Below, one piece after another: positions 17,628 through 26,875 of a stretch of DNA of 64,000 bases. The stretch is from contig DATEGA010000074.1 of NCBI GenBank assembly GCA_035280345.1, forward strand, positions 6,664-70,663. The letters are read 5' to 3'. The notes beneath the pieces are model-generated. The model saw nothing but the letters and a program-made list of their open reading frames with translations, was not told the origin of the DNA and ran no database searches. The position numbers were made by a program, and so were the translations under genes. The stretch is from a bacterium (lineage in GTDB: Bacteria; Sysuimicrobiota; Sysuimicrobiia; Sysuimicrobiales; Segetimicrobiaceae). Positions within the stretch are counted from its first letter, which is position 1. Every line of letters begins with the position of its first letter.

Positions 17628-18449
17628 CTACTCCTTCTTCGGCTGATTGACCCGGAGCAGGTAGCGGTAGGGATCGCTGGTCACGACGGCGCCGCCCGAT
17701 ACGAGCAAGACCGCCCCGGACACCCAGGCCGCTTCGTCGGACGCAAAGTAGACGGCCGCGGCGGCCACGTCCTTCGGCTGACCCACGCGCCCGAGCGGAT
17801 ACAGTGCCGCCCGCGCCCGCCGGTCCTCTTCCGTCGCGAGCCACGGTGCGGTAAGCGGGGTCTCAACAACCGCCGGCGCGATGGCGTTCACACGGATGCG
17901 GTGCTGTCCCAACTCGACCGCCATCGTCTGGGTAATGTTGTTGAGCGCCGCCTTGCACGCGCCGTAGATCCCCTCGCCTCCCGGCGCCGCGTACAGGCTG
18001 TCGATCGATGACATGAACAGGATGACGCCGCCGGTGGGCTGGCCGCGCATCACCCGCGCCGCGGCCAGCGCGCCAAAGACCTGCGCCGTCAAATTGAGCC
18101 GCAGCATCTGCTCCCAGCCGGCGGAGGTGACGTCCAGCCACTCCGACGCGCTGCCCGGCTCCTCCGTGAATCCCCCCGCGTTGTTGACCCAGACGTCGAT
18201 CTTGCCGAAGTGCTTGACGGCCGCCTCCGCCGCCGCCCGGATCTGCGGGACGTGCGTAACGTCGGTGGGGTGCGCAACGGCCTTCCCGCCGCGGGCCGTG
18301 ATCTCGTCTTTCACGGCCTCCAAGTCGGTACGGTTGCGGGCGGCCAGAAGAACACTCGCTCCCTGTTCCGCGAAGGCCTGGGCGATCGCCCGGCCGAGGC
18401 CACGGCTGGCGCCGGTCACGACACACGCTTTTCCGGTCAACGAAAACAT
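17628..18449 (-). CDS. SDR family oxidoreductase
   Basis: Trimmed to the ATG at 18449 (MFSLTGKACVVTGASRGLGRAI; SD GGGGAGGG). Contains NNAG and YGACK catalytic motifs. Confidence 0.88.
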   Translation of the reverse strand: MFSLTGKACVVTGASRGLGRAIAQAFAEQGASVLLAARNRTDLEAVKDEITARGGKAVAHPTDVTHVPQIRAAAEAAVKHFGKIDVWVNNAGGFTEEPGSASEWLDVTSAGWEQMLRLNLTAQVFGALAAARVMRGQPTGGVILFMSSIDSLYAAPGGEGIYGACKAALNNITQTMAVELGQHRIRVNAIAPAVVETPLTAPWLATEEDRRARAALYPLGRVGQPKDVAAAAVYFASDEAAWVSGAVLLVSGGAVVTSDPYRYLLRVNQPKKE

Positions 18450-18513
18450 CGCGCGGCCCTCCCCGTTATCGTCTCTGCCGCCGGATGGCACGTCGCTTAC
18501 GACGGCATTCCGG

Positions 18514-19437
18514 TCACGCCCGCGGCGGGTAGCGTGTCAACCAGTGCCGCGCGAGCTCGTCGCGCCGAGCGAACCACACATCCCCTCGTCGCCTGGCATA
18601 GTCGATAAACCGATCGAGTACCGTCGCGCGGCCCGCCCGCCCGGAGATGCGGCAGTGCAGCCCGATCGACATCATCTTCGGCGTCTGCGCGCCCTCGTCC
18701 CAAAGACGGTCGAGCGACACGGTGAGATACTGGTAAAAGTCGTCAGGCGTCCCGAATCCCGGCGCCGTAAAGTACCGCGCGTCATTGGTATCGGTCGCGT
18801 AGGGCACGACCAGCCAAGGCTTACCGAAGACCGTCACGTAGTACGGCAGCTCGTCGTTGTACGCGTCCGAGTCGTAGATGAAGCCGCCTTCCTGCACGAG
18901 AAGGCCGCGCGTACGTTCGCTCGGACCGTAGCGGCAGTACCAGCCGATCGGGCGCTCGCCGACACAGCGCTGGATCGAGGCGATCGCGTTCTGAATTTCC
19001 CGCCGCTCCTCCGGCTCGCTCATCCGGAAGTGGTCGTTCCACCGGTAGCCGTGGCTGCACGGTTCGTGGTGCAATTCGCGCAGCGCCGGACCCAGTTCCG
19101 GATTCCGTTCGAGCGCCCGGCCGGAGGCGAAGAACGTGGTGCGCACGCCGTGCTTCGCGAACACGTCGAGGAGGCGCCAGACCCCCACCCGGCTGCCGTA
19201 CTCGTAGTTGGACTCCGCGGCAAGGTCGCGGATGCCCTCGGGCACCGGGTAGCGGATGTCGCCGAAGGCCTCCGACGCCTTGTCGCCATCGGGAATGCTG
19301 CGCTCGGCGCCCTCTTCGTAGTTCACGACAATGTTGACCGCAACACGCGCGCGTCCCGGCCACTCGATCGCCGGCGGAGTGCGGCCGTACCCGACAAAAT
19401 CGCGACGCCGGCCGGCGCCGGCGAGCGGTTCGTTCAC
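18514..19437 (-). CDS. Polysaccharide deacetylase (NodB-fold) family protein, PuuE-allantoinase-like
   Basis: 307 aa, GTG start. Contains DFVGYGRTPPAIEWPGRARVAVNIVVNYEEGAE, SNYEYGSRVGVWRLLDVF and MMSIGLHCRISGRAGR, which are PuuE-like blocks. Confidence 0.75.
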   Translation of the reverse strand: MNEPLAGAGRRRDFVGYGRTPPAIEWPGRARVAVNIVVNYEEGAERSIPDGDKASEAFGDIRYPVPEGIRDLAAESNYEYGSRVGVWRLLDVFAKHGVRTTFFASGRALERNPELGPALRELHHEPCSHGYRWNDHFRMSEPEERREIQNAIASIQRCVGERPIGWYCRYGPSERTRGLLVQEGGFIYDSDAYNDELPYYVTVFGKPWLVVPYATDTNDARYFTAPGFGTPDDFYQYLTVSLDRLWDEGAQTPKMMSIGLHCRISGRAGRATVLDRFIDYARRRGDVWFARRDELARHWLTRYPPRA

Positions 19438-19462
19438 GGGCGGCCCCCTGTGGGGGCCGCCC
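19438..19462 (-). promoter_or_regulatory. Intercistronic stem-loop: 11 consecutive G:C pairs, 3-nt loop, abutting the downstream start codon
   Basis: GGGCGGCCCCC (19438-19448) and GGGGGCCGCCC (19452-19462) are perfect reverse complements. A 12th pair (19437/19463) involves the first base of the GTG start of the PuuE-like gene. Lies 8 nt after the SBP stop. Confidence 0.6.
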
Positions 19463-19470
19463 GCCTCAGG

Positions 19471-21114
19471 TCAGGCTTTGTAGCGCACATCGTACCACTC
19501 CGGGTAGTAGTGATAGACGTCGTACCGCACGCCCGTCACGGAGGCTTTTGCGCCGTCCACTGCGATCAGATTGTAGAGCGGCAGCGTCGCGGCCTGGTCC
19601 ATGATCAGCATCTGGGCTTTCTGATACAGTGGCAGGCGCTCTTTCGCGTTCACGATCGCGCGGCCTTGATCAAGGAGGCCGTCGAGCGTGGGATTCCGGA
19701 AGTGGCCCATGTTCCAACCGCCGATATTCTTCGAGTGAAACTGCACCGTGAGAATATCCGGATCGATTCCGCGCCATTCCATGAAGGTCATGTTGCTCTT
19801 GCCCTGACGCGCGAGTTCCTCGGAGGCCGGCAGCGCCATCGTCTGGATCTCCAGATCGATTCCCACAGCCCGCAGCATCCCCTGGATCGCCGTGAGCGCG
19901 GACACGGTTACGGGGTCGGACTTCACCGCGCAAACCATCTTGCAGGCCTGGCCGTTCTTCGCCCTGACGCCGCCGGGCCCCGCCTTCCAGCCGCCTTCCT
20001 CCAGCACCTGACGCGCCTTCGGCGGATCGAAGCGGTAGAGTTTCTCAACCTCCGCGTTATAGCCCCACACGACCGGCTTCAGCGGACCGAACGCGACCGG
20101 CGAGATGCCGCCCGTGGCGATTCGCGCGACCACCTCTTTGTTGACCGCGAACTGCATGGCCCGTGCCACGGCGACGTCGTCGGTCGGGAACCTGGACCGG
20201 TTGATCAGGAACATCACAGGCTCGCCGGCGTACATGTTCTTGTACACCTGAAATCGGGGGTCGCTTTGGACGCTGTCCACGTTGATGCCGGGCACGCGGT
20301 AGATGAAGTCCGCTTCGCCGCTGCGCAGCGCGTTGAGCCGAGTCTGGTCTTCCATGATGATGCGAAAGACCAGCGTGTCGAGGTACGGGGCCGTCTTGTG
20401 TGCGACGAGATCGGATGTGTTCACGTACTTGTCGTTCCGAACGAGCGTCACGTGGTCGCCGCGCACCCATTCCTGGAACCGGTACGGGCCGGTGCCCACC
20501 GGGTTCGACCCGAAGTCCGCGCCGTACTTCTTTACGGCGGTCGGAGAAATGACGCCGAGCACTACGTCGTGCAGGTTGTTGAAAAACGGCGCGTAGGGCT
20601 CCTTGAACGTCATCTTGATCGTCTTGGCATCCACGACCTGGCTCGACTGGTACGTGCCGATCTCGGAGAGACCGGTCTGCGACTTTGTGGCCGGATCAAG
20701 GATGCGGTCGAAGCTAAATTTGACCGCGTCGGCGTTGAACGGCGTGCCGTCGTGGAACGTGATCCCCTCGCGCAGGCGAAACGTCCACTCGCGCCCACCG
20801 TTCGAAACCTGCCAGCTGGTGGCGAGCCGTGGGTGCGCCCGTCCCTGTGTGTCGAGTTCGATCAGCGTCTCGACGACGTTCTTCAGGACGACAATCCCGG
20901 GAATGTACGTCGCCGCGGCCGGGTCGAGGCTGTTTGGTTCGAGGAACATGCACGCGGTCAACTTTCCGCCGCGGTAGTCGGCCGCGCTGACGGCCTGCCG
21001 CGCTCCGGTCAACCCGCGAACACCCGCGGCCGCCCATCCGAGCGCCGCAGCGCCCCGAATCGCGGCTCGCCTGGTTAACCGCCCGCCCGTCCCCGCTCTC
21101 GATCCCTCGCTCAC
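19471..21114 (-). CDS. ABC transporter substrate-binding protein, family 5, TAT-like leader
   Basis: Trimmed to the GTG at 21114 (SD GGGGAGGG, 6-nt spacer). Leader RLTRRAAIRGAAALGWAAAG. Contains LATSWQVSNGGREWTFRLREGITFHDGTPFNADAV and GTGPYRFQEW. Confidence 0.88.
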   Translation of the reverse strand: MSEGSRAGTGGRLTRRAAIRGAAALGWAAAGVRGLTGARQAVSAADYRGGKLTACMFLEPNSLDPAAATYIPGIVVLKNVVETLIELDTQGRAHPRLATSWQVSNGGREWTFRLREGITFHDGTPFNADAVKFSFDRILDPATKSQTGLSEIGTYQSSQVVDAKTIKMTFKEPYAPFFNNLHDVVLGVISPTAVKKYGADFGSNPVGTGPYRFQEWVRGDHVTLVRNDKYVNTSDLVAHKTAPYLDTLVFRIIMEDQTRLNALRSGEADFIYRVPGINVDSVQSDPRFQVYKNMYAGEPVMFLINRSRFPTDDVAVARAMQFAVNKEVVARIATGGISPVAFGPLKPVVWGYNAEVEKLYRFDPPKARQVLEEGGWKAGPGGVRAKNGQACKMVCAVKSDPVTVSALTAIQGMLRAVGIDLEIQTMALPASEELARQGKSNMTFMEWRGIDPDILTVQFHSKNIGGWNMGHFRNPTLDGLLDQGRAIVNAKERLPLYQKAQMLIMDQAATLPLYNLIAVDGAKASVTGVRYDVYHYYPEWYDVRYKA

Positions 21115-21150
21115 GCCGGTCCCTCCCCGTGGGGCTCCCACCCCGGTTTT

Positions 21151-22047
21151 TTACTTCAACCTCGGATCCAACGCGTCGCGCAAGCCGTCGCCGAACAGGT
21201 TGATCGACATCACCGTCACCATGATCGCGAGACCGGGAAACACCATCATCCACGGCGCCTTCTCCATGTACACGCGCCCGTTGCTCAGCATGCTGCCCCA
21301 CTCCGGCGTCGGGGGCTGCGCGCCCAAGCCGAGAAAGGACAACGCCGCTCCGGTGATGATCGCCGCGGCGACGCCGGTTGTCGCCAGCACCGTGATCGGC
21401 GCAAAAATGTTCGGCAGGATGTGCCGGATGAGGATCTGCACGGGCGCACAGCCCACGACGCGCGCCGCCTGCACGTAATCCGCCTCCTTGGTCGACAGCA
21501 CGCTCGACTGCGCCACCCGCGTGAACTGCGGAATCGACGCGATGCCGACGGCCACCATCAACGGCGTGATGCCGGACCCGAGCACGGCGACGATTGCCAG
21601 CGCCAGCAAAATGCTGGGAAAGGCCAGCATCACATCCATCCACCGCATGATGAACGTGCCGGTCCAGCCCTCGTAGTAGCCGGCAATCAGCCCCAGCGCC
21701 ACTCCGGCGGCCATCGCGATCGAGACGGCGATGAAGCCGACGCGCAGCGAGACTTGTCCGCCGAAGATCACCCGCGACAGCACGTCCCGGCCCTGCTCGT
21801 CCGTGCCGAACGGATGGGCGAACGCCGGCGCGCTCAGATACGCGGCAAAATCCAGCGCGTTGGGCGGATATGGGGAGATCGCGGGGGCACAGAGCGCGGC
21901 CGCAAACACGAGCAACACGACGATGCCGCCGGCCAGCCCCGCACCATTTCGCCGCAGGCGCCTGATGAAAATCGCGAGCCGGCCGGCCGATCGGTGCGCC
22001 GGCCGCGACAGCGCCTGCTTTCCGGATGCTGCCAGACCTGCGCTCAT
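21151..22047 (-). CDS. ABC transporter permease, DppC/OppC-like
   Basis: Track ORF 21151..22596 trimmed to the ATG at 22047 (MSAGLAASGKQ...). Contains HPFGTDEQGRDVLSRVIFGGQVSL, DYVQAARVVGCAPVQILIRHILPN and GDGLRDALDPRLK. Confidence 0.88.
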   Translation of the reverse strand: MSAGLAASGKQALSRPAHRSAGRLAIFIRRLRRNGAGLAGGIVVLLVFAAALCAPAISPYPPNALDFAAYLSAPAFAHPFGTDEQGRDVLSRVIFGGQVSLRVGFIAVSIAMAAGVALGLIAGYYEGWTGTFIMRWMDVMLAFPSILLALAIVAVLGSGITPLMVAVGIASIPQFTRVAQSSVLSTKEADYVQAARVVGCAPVQILIRHILPNIFAPITVLATTGVAAAIITGAALSFLGLGAQPPTPEWGSMLSNGRVYMEKAPWMMVFPGLAIMVTVMSINLFGDGLRDALDPRLK

Positions 22048-22052
22048 CACGC

Positions 22053-22982
22053 CTACTGGTAGTGGATCCGGGGATCGAACCACGCATACGACACATCGAT
22101 CACGAGATTGAGCAGGACGTACGTCAGCGCCGCCAGCATCACGACTCCCTGGACCAGGAAGTAGTCCTTGTACAGGACGGCGTCGACCGCGAGCCGGCCG
22201 ATGCCCTGACGGGCGAACACCGTCTCGACAACCACTGTGCCGCCGAGCAGCCGGCCCGCGTGGAGACCGATCAGCGTGATAATCGGAATCATCGCCGCCT
22301 TGAGGACGTGGCGGAAGATGACGGTGCGCTCGCTCAATCCCTTCGCATGCGCGATCAGCACGTACTCGCGGCGCAGTACTTCGAGGACGCTCGATCGCAC
22401 CATCCGCGCGATAAAAGCCGCGGCGTCGTAGCCGAGGGCGACCGCGGGAAGCACGAGCGCCTTCCAGCCGAGCCCGCCGACGATGGGCACCCATCGCAGG
22501 CGCACCGCGAACAGATAGATCAAGAGCAGACCCGACCAGAAGATCGGAATCGAAAGGCCGCCGAGCGAGAAGATCATCGCGGCGTTGTCGATCCACGTGT
22601 TGTGGCGCACTGCGGCCATAAGCCCAAGGCCGCCGCCAACCACAACCGCGAACAGCAGCGCGGCCCCCGCGAGCTCGAGCGTTGCGGGATACTGCTCGAG
22701 CACCGAAGTCGTGACCGGCCGGTTGGTGTAAAACGAACGCCCCAGATCCCCCACCGCCGCGCGGCCCACGAACCCGGCGTACTGCACGGCAAGCGGACGA
22801 TCGAGCCCGAGTTGGTGGCGGATGCGCGCTTCCTGCTCCGGCGTGATGGCGGCGGACTCTCGCACCGCGATGAGGCGCACGAGATCGCCCGGCACGGCGT
22901 GCAGGATGCCGAAGACCAAGACGGACACCCCGAGCAAAATCGGCAAGGTCGCCAGCAGCCGGCGGAGAATGTACGCTCCCAT
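22053..22982 (-). CDS. ABC transporter permease, DppB/OppB-like
   Basis: Trimmed to the ATG at 22982 (MGAYILRRLLATLPILLGVSVLVFGILHAVPGD). Contains EYVLIAHAKGLSERTVIFRHVLK and ends YAWFDPRIHYQ. Confidence 0.9.
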   Translation of the reverse strand: MGAYILRRLLATLPILLGVSVLVFGILHAVPGDLVRLIAVRESAAITPEQEARIRHQLGLDRPLAVQYAGFVGRAAVGDLGRSFYTNRPVTTSVLEQYPATLELAGAALLFAVVVGGGLGLMAAVRHNTWIDNAAMIFSLGGLSIPIFWSGLLLIYLFAVRLRWVPIVGGLGWKALVLPAVALGYDAAAFIARMVRSSVLEVLRREYVLIAHAKGLSERTVIFRHVLKAAMIPIITLIGLHAGRLLGGTVVVETVFARQGIGRLAVDAVLYKDYFLVQGVVMLAALTYVLLNLVIDVSYAWFDPRIHYQ

Positions 22983-23001
22983 CGCGCGCCGCCCGCGGGC
23001 C

Positions 23002-24123
23002 CTAGGCCGGACCGACGTCGACCCAGCGCCGCTTGTCGAGGGACGTGCGGATCGCCGCGACGACGCGTTGCGCGGCCAGGCCGTCGTCGAAGGTTGGACC
23101 GGTCGCGCGGCCGTTCCGGACGTCGCTGATAAAGCCGGCGTCGAGCCGGGTGTTGTAGTGCGCCAGGAGGCCGAGCGGCATCCAGCCCGCGCTGTCCTCC
23201 GGATCCGGGGGCGCGGCGAACTCGAGCAGCACCCGCGGCTCCGCCTCTGCGATCGTCGAGGCGAGGAGCCGCTCAGTCCGGCGCGTGGTAGGGTCAAGCT
23301 GCCAGGCGAGCGAGCCGGTACGGCCGTACACGCGCAGTCCACCCCCGCCGATGGGAAGCGACGCCCACCCAGCTTTGAACAGCGCCTGTCCACCGTTCTC
23401 GTAGACCGCGATCCACGCCGAAATATCGTCCACGTCGACGACGGAGTGTCCGTCCATCGGGGGCCGCTTCGGCACCGTGGTCAGTCCGTGAGCGACTACC
23501 CGCGTCACCGGCCCGCCGAGCCACAGGGCCAAATCGATACTGTGCACCCCGTACTCGACGAAAACGCCGCCGTTGGCGCGGGCACGACGCATCTTCCAGT
23601 GGAGCGGCTTCTCCGGGTCGACGAACTGAGCATTCACCACCGAGCTCTCAAACGCCACCACTTCGCCGACGTAGCCTTCGTCGATCAATGTTTTCATCCG
23701 AGAGACGACGGGTGAACAACGGAACAGAAACCCCATCTTGCCGACTCGCTCCCGGGCGTGGAGTGCCGCCACCATCTCTTCCGCTTCCGCGACGGAATAT
23801 GCAAGCGGCTTCTCGCACAGAACGTGTGCATTGGCTTCAATGAGCCGCATGACGACGTTGTGGTGTACGTCTGTCGGAGTGGCGACGACGGCGGCGTCGA
23901 GGGACTCCACGTTCCGCAGCATCGACTCGACGTCGGCGAAGACCGCGGGCACGCGGTAGCGTGCCGCCGCCGGTTCAAGCAGATCGGTGCGCGGATCGAC
24001 GAGAGCCACGACGTCAACCCCCTCATACGCGGTGAGCGCGGGAAGGTGGGCCCGCACGCCCCAGGCGCCGGCACCGACAATCGCGAGGCGAAGCCGTGAG
24101 CTCCTTATGGTCGTGTCCCCCAA
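23002..24123 (-). CDS. Gfo/Idh/MocA family oxidoreductase
   Basis: 373 aa. Contains LRLAIVGAGAWGVRAHLPAL, AHVLCEKPLA and the family-typical C-terminal alpha/beta domain. Start (TTG 24123) is uncertain: it has no SD, and an internal AAGGAG has no canonical start codon after it. Confidence 0.8.
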   Translation of the reverse strand: MGDTTIRSSRLRLAIVGAGAWGVRAHLPALTAYEGVDVVALVDPRTDLLEPAAARYRVPAVFADVESMLRNVESLDAAVVATPTDVHHNVVMRLIEANAHVLCEKPLAYSVAEAEEMVAALHARERVGKMGFLFRCSPVVSRMKTLIDEGYVGEVVAFESSVVNAQFVDPEKPLHWKMRRARANGGVFVEYGVHSIDLALWLGGPVTRVVAHGLTTVPKRPPMDGHSVVDVDDISAWIAVYENGGQALFKAGWASLPIGGGGLRVYGRTGSLAWQLDPTTRRTERLLASTIAEAEPRVLLEFAAPPDPEDSAGWMPLGLLAHYNTRLDAGFISDVRNGRATGPTFDDGLAAQRVVAAIRTSLDKRRWVDVGPA

Positions 24124-24159
24124 ACGAAATTGACGGCGCCGAACGGTCTCGCGTTACTC

Positions 24160-25146
24160 CTAGACGCCCGCGTGCCGAATGGCCGCCTCCATCTCGTCGA
24201 GTTCCCCCTGGCCCAGGATGATGTCCCTAGCCGGCAACCACCCATCGAGCTGCTCCGGCCGCCGCGCCCCGCAGATCGCACCCGTGACGCCGGGCCGGGA
24301 CAGCACCCACGCCACGGCGAGCGGCGGCAGCTCCATGCGCAGACGTTGCGCCAGCTGCCGCAACAGATCAACGAAATTCAGATTCGCCGACAGCGCCGGC
24401 TCCTGGAACCTGGGCAGGCTTCGGCGCCGGTCGTCTTCCGTCAGGCCGGCCAGCCGCGCCCGGTCGATAGCACCGGCCAGCAATCCGGTCGCGAGCGGTC
24501 CGTACGTGATCACGCCCGTGCCGTGGGCGGCGCACCACGGAATCACTTCCGACAGCGCCGCACGGTTGATCAGATTGAGAGGCACTTGCTGAGAGTCGAC
24601 GTGGCGGATCTTCTCGCAGCGCTCGAGCAGACCGACGTCGAAGTTGGAGACACCGCTCCACCGCACTTTACCTTCCTCGATCAACTCGACCATCGTGCTC
24701 CACGAGTCTTCCACAGCCGTTCCCGTGACGTTGTCCGGCCAGTGAAACTGATACAAGTCGATCCGCTCGACGCCGAGACGCAGAAGGCTCTGCTCGCACT
24801 CCGCGCGGATGGACGCCGGCCGCAGGTTGCGGGTCACCGCGTCGAACGCGGCCGGTCCGCCGCCGGCCGGCCACGTCAGCCCGCATTTGGTAAAGATGTA
24901 CACGTCCTTGCCGGGCGTCCAAGACCGCAAGGCGCGGCCGGTGACTTCTTCGGAGTGGCCCATCCCGTAGATCGGCGCGGTGTCGATCCAGTTGATCCCG
25001 GACTCAATTGCATGGCGGATCGTGCGGATGGACTCTTGATCGTCGGCGGGCCCCAACCCGAGGCCGCCCTCGCCGCTGAACACCCACGACCCCAAGCCCA
25101 ACACGGTGATCTCCGGTCCTTCACGTCCGAGCCGCCGGGTCTGCAC
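24160..25146 (-). CDS. Aldo/keto reductase
   Basis: 328 aa, GTG start with SD GGAGG 8 nt upstream. Contains LGLGSWVF, INWIDTAPIYGMGHSEEVTGRAL and IDLYQFHWPD. Confidence 0.88.
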   Translation of the reverse strand: MQTRRLGREGPEITVLGLGSWVFSGEGGLGLGPADDQESIRTIRHAIESGINWIDTAPIYGMGHSEEVTGRALRSWTPGKDVYIFTKCGLTWPAGGGPAAFDAVTRNLRPASIRAECEQSLLRLGVERIDLYQFHWPDNVTGTAVEDSWSTMVELIEEGKVRWSGVSNFDVGLLERCEKIRHVDSQQVPLNLINRAALSEVIPWCAAHGTGVITYGPLATGLLAGAIDRARLAGLTEDDRRRSLPRFQEPALSANLNFVDLLRQLAQRLRMELPPLAVAWVLSRPGVTGAICGARRPEQLDGWLPARDIILGQGELDEMEAAIRHAGV

Positions 25147-25175
25147 GAACTCTGCCTCCGGTAGATGCTTCGAGT

Positions 25176-26735
25176 CTAGCGTGGCGCCTCGGCCAACTTG
25201 TCGGCGAGGATCGCCTGCGCCGCGTTGTGGCCGGGCGCACCAGTCACTTCACCGCCGGGATGCGTACCGCCGCCGCACAGGTACAGGTCCCGGATCGGCG
25301 TCCGATAATGCGCCCAGCCCGGCATCGGCCGGCTCGCGAAGAACTGGCTGGGCACGATGTCGAGATGCCGGATGTTGCCGTCCGTCAGGCCGACGCGCTC
25401 CTCGAGGTCTTGCGGCGTGAACAGCTTGTAGTCGACCAGGCAGTCGCGGATGTCCGGCGCGTACTTGGCCAGCGTGTCGATGACGTGTTCGGTGATTTCC
25501 TCGCGCCGCTCGTCCCACGTCCCTTCAGCGAGGTGCACGGGCGCGTAGGATGCCCAGATCGACATCACGTGCTTCCCAAGCGGCGCCATCGTCGGATCGT
25601 AACCGGACGGGATCTGAATATCCAGGACGGGTCCGCGCGGCGACCGCCCGTGCTTCGCGTCGTCCCAGGCCTGCATGAAGTACTCGACGGACGGCGAGAT
25701 CTTTGTGTAGGCGAGGTATTTCACGTCGAAGTCGCCGAGGAAGTAGCGAGAGAGATCAGGCAGCCGGCCGAGCGCCGCGTGAAACTTGAAGTACGCGGCA
25801 TTGGTCTTCAGCCGCTCGACGCGCCTGCGGAAGTCACTAGGGAGATGCTTTTCGTCGAGGAGTCGCAGGAACGTACGCTTCGGGTCGGCATTCGACACGA
25901 CCGTCTTTGCACGGACCTCTTCACCGTCTGCGAGGCGCACGCCGACCGTGACGCCGTCCCGCACCACAATCTCCGAAATGGCGGCTCCCGTCCGGATCGT
26001 CGCACCCGCAGCTCGCGCCGATGCTGCCATCGCCTCCGTGATGGCTCCCATCCCGCCGCGGACGATACCGGTGTTCTCGTGTGGGGTCAGCGCGCTCGAC
26101 CGAATGTAGCCGAAGGACCACGCGCTGCCCGGAGCCGTTGCGTCGCCGGCGTCGTGCGCGTGAATGAACGCGCCGCGAATCGCTTCGTCCTCGAAAAACT
26201 CCGTGACCACGTCCACGACGCTCGCGGTCAGCAAGTAGTCGAAGAACGTGCGGTCCTCCGAAGTGCCTTGTCTCGCCGCGAGATCAGCCAGCGTCGGCGG
26301 CGACGTCAGAAAATACGGGTAAATCAGCTCGGCGGCGCGGTCCCAGAACGCGACCCACCGCGGATATGCCTCGGCGTCCCGCTTGGAGAAGCGCCCGATC
26401 CAGTCCTGAGTCCGTTGGACGCTGTCCCACGTCATCAGCACACGGCCGTCCGGGTACAGGACGGTTTTCAGTGGATCGAGCGGGGAGACATGGAACCCGT
26501 ACCGGCGCAGTTCGAGATCTTCGATGACCTTCGCTTGAAGCAGGTAGCAGTAGTACGAGCACGCGGAAAACCGGTACCCGGGAAACAACTCCTCCGTCAC
26601 GCACGCGCCGCCGATGATGTCACGGCGTTCAAGCACGAGGACGTTCAGCCCCGCTTTGGCAAGATACGCGGCACACACCAGCCCGTTGTGCCCCGCGCCT
26701 ACGATCACGACGTCGCGCTGATCGCTCATAGACAC
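25176..26735 (-). CDS. FAD/NAD(P)-dependent oxidoreductase, phytoene-desaturase-like (COG1233 type)
   Basis: 519 aa. Contains DVVIVGAGHNGLVCAAYLAKAGLNVLVLERRDIIGGAC (GxGxxG plus GG motif) and C-terminal YLCGGGTHPGGEVTGAPG. Confidence 0.8.
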   Translation of the reverse strand: MSMSDQRDVVIVGAGHNGLVCAAYLAKAGLNVLVLERRDIIGGACVTEELFPGYRFSACSYYCYLLQAKVIEDLELRRYGFHVSPLDPLKTVLYPDGRVLMTWDSVQRTQDWIGRFSKRDAEAYPRWVAFWDRAAELIYPYFLTSPPTLADLAARQGTSEDRTFFDYLLTASVVDVVTEFFEDEAIRGAFIHAHDAGDATAPGSAWSFGYIRSSALTPHENTGIVRGGMGAITEAMAASARAAGATIRTGAAISEIVVRDGVTVGVRLADGEEVRAKTVVSNADPKRTFLRLLDEKHLPSDFRRRVERLKTNAAYFKFHAALGRLPDLSRYFLGDFDVKYLAYTKISPSVEYFMQAWDDAKHGRSPRGPVLDIQIPSGYDPTMAPLGKHVMSIWASYAPVHLAEGTWDERREEITEHVIDTLAKYAPDIRDCLVDYKLFTPQDLEERVGLTDGNIRHLDIVPSQFFASRPMPGWAHYRTPIRDLYLCGGGTHPGGEVTGAPGHNAAQAILADKLAEAPR

Positions 26736-26818
26736 CCATTTCCGGGAACGTCCACCGGCCCCTCGCGGCTCGTCGCCAGCGGTGGCGACAGGTCGCGGCG
26801 GTCGGATTGTCGAATGTT

Positions 26819-26832
26819 AACTGTCGACAGTT
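26819..26832. promoter_or_regulatory. Perfect 14-bp palindrome AACTGTCGACAGTT, candidate GntR-family operator
   Basis: Read directly. Sits in a locally AT-richer stretch between the divergent FAD-oxidoreductase gene (start 26735) and the GntR gene. Contains the GT-Nx-AC core typical of GntR operators. The half-site TGTCGA recurs at 26808-26813. Confidence 0.5.
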
Positions 26833-26875
26833 CTCTCACCTGCCTAATGTCTGGAGTTGGGGTGACATCGAGACG

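Noticed and set aside
18013-21078. 1021-aa plus-strand ORF in the supplied track
   Set aside because: It is antisense to four domain-coherent minus-strand genes (SDR, PuuE-like, SBP). Its translation is R/A/G/P/D/V-rich low complexity with no recognisable motif, SD or signal. Long stop-free antisense frames are expected in very GC-rich DNA.
21131-21156. A T6 run (rare in this DNA) after a weak GGGG-N6-CCCC / GTGGG-GCT-CCCAC hairpin on the plus strand
   Set aside because: It is terminator-like only for the plus strand, where no gene ends. The T-run is largely the complement of the TAA stop plus an A-run after the minus-strand permease gene. It is probably coincidental.
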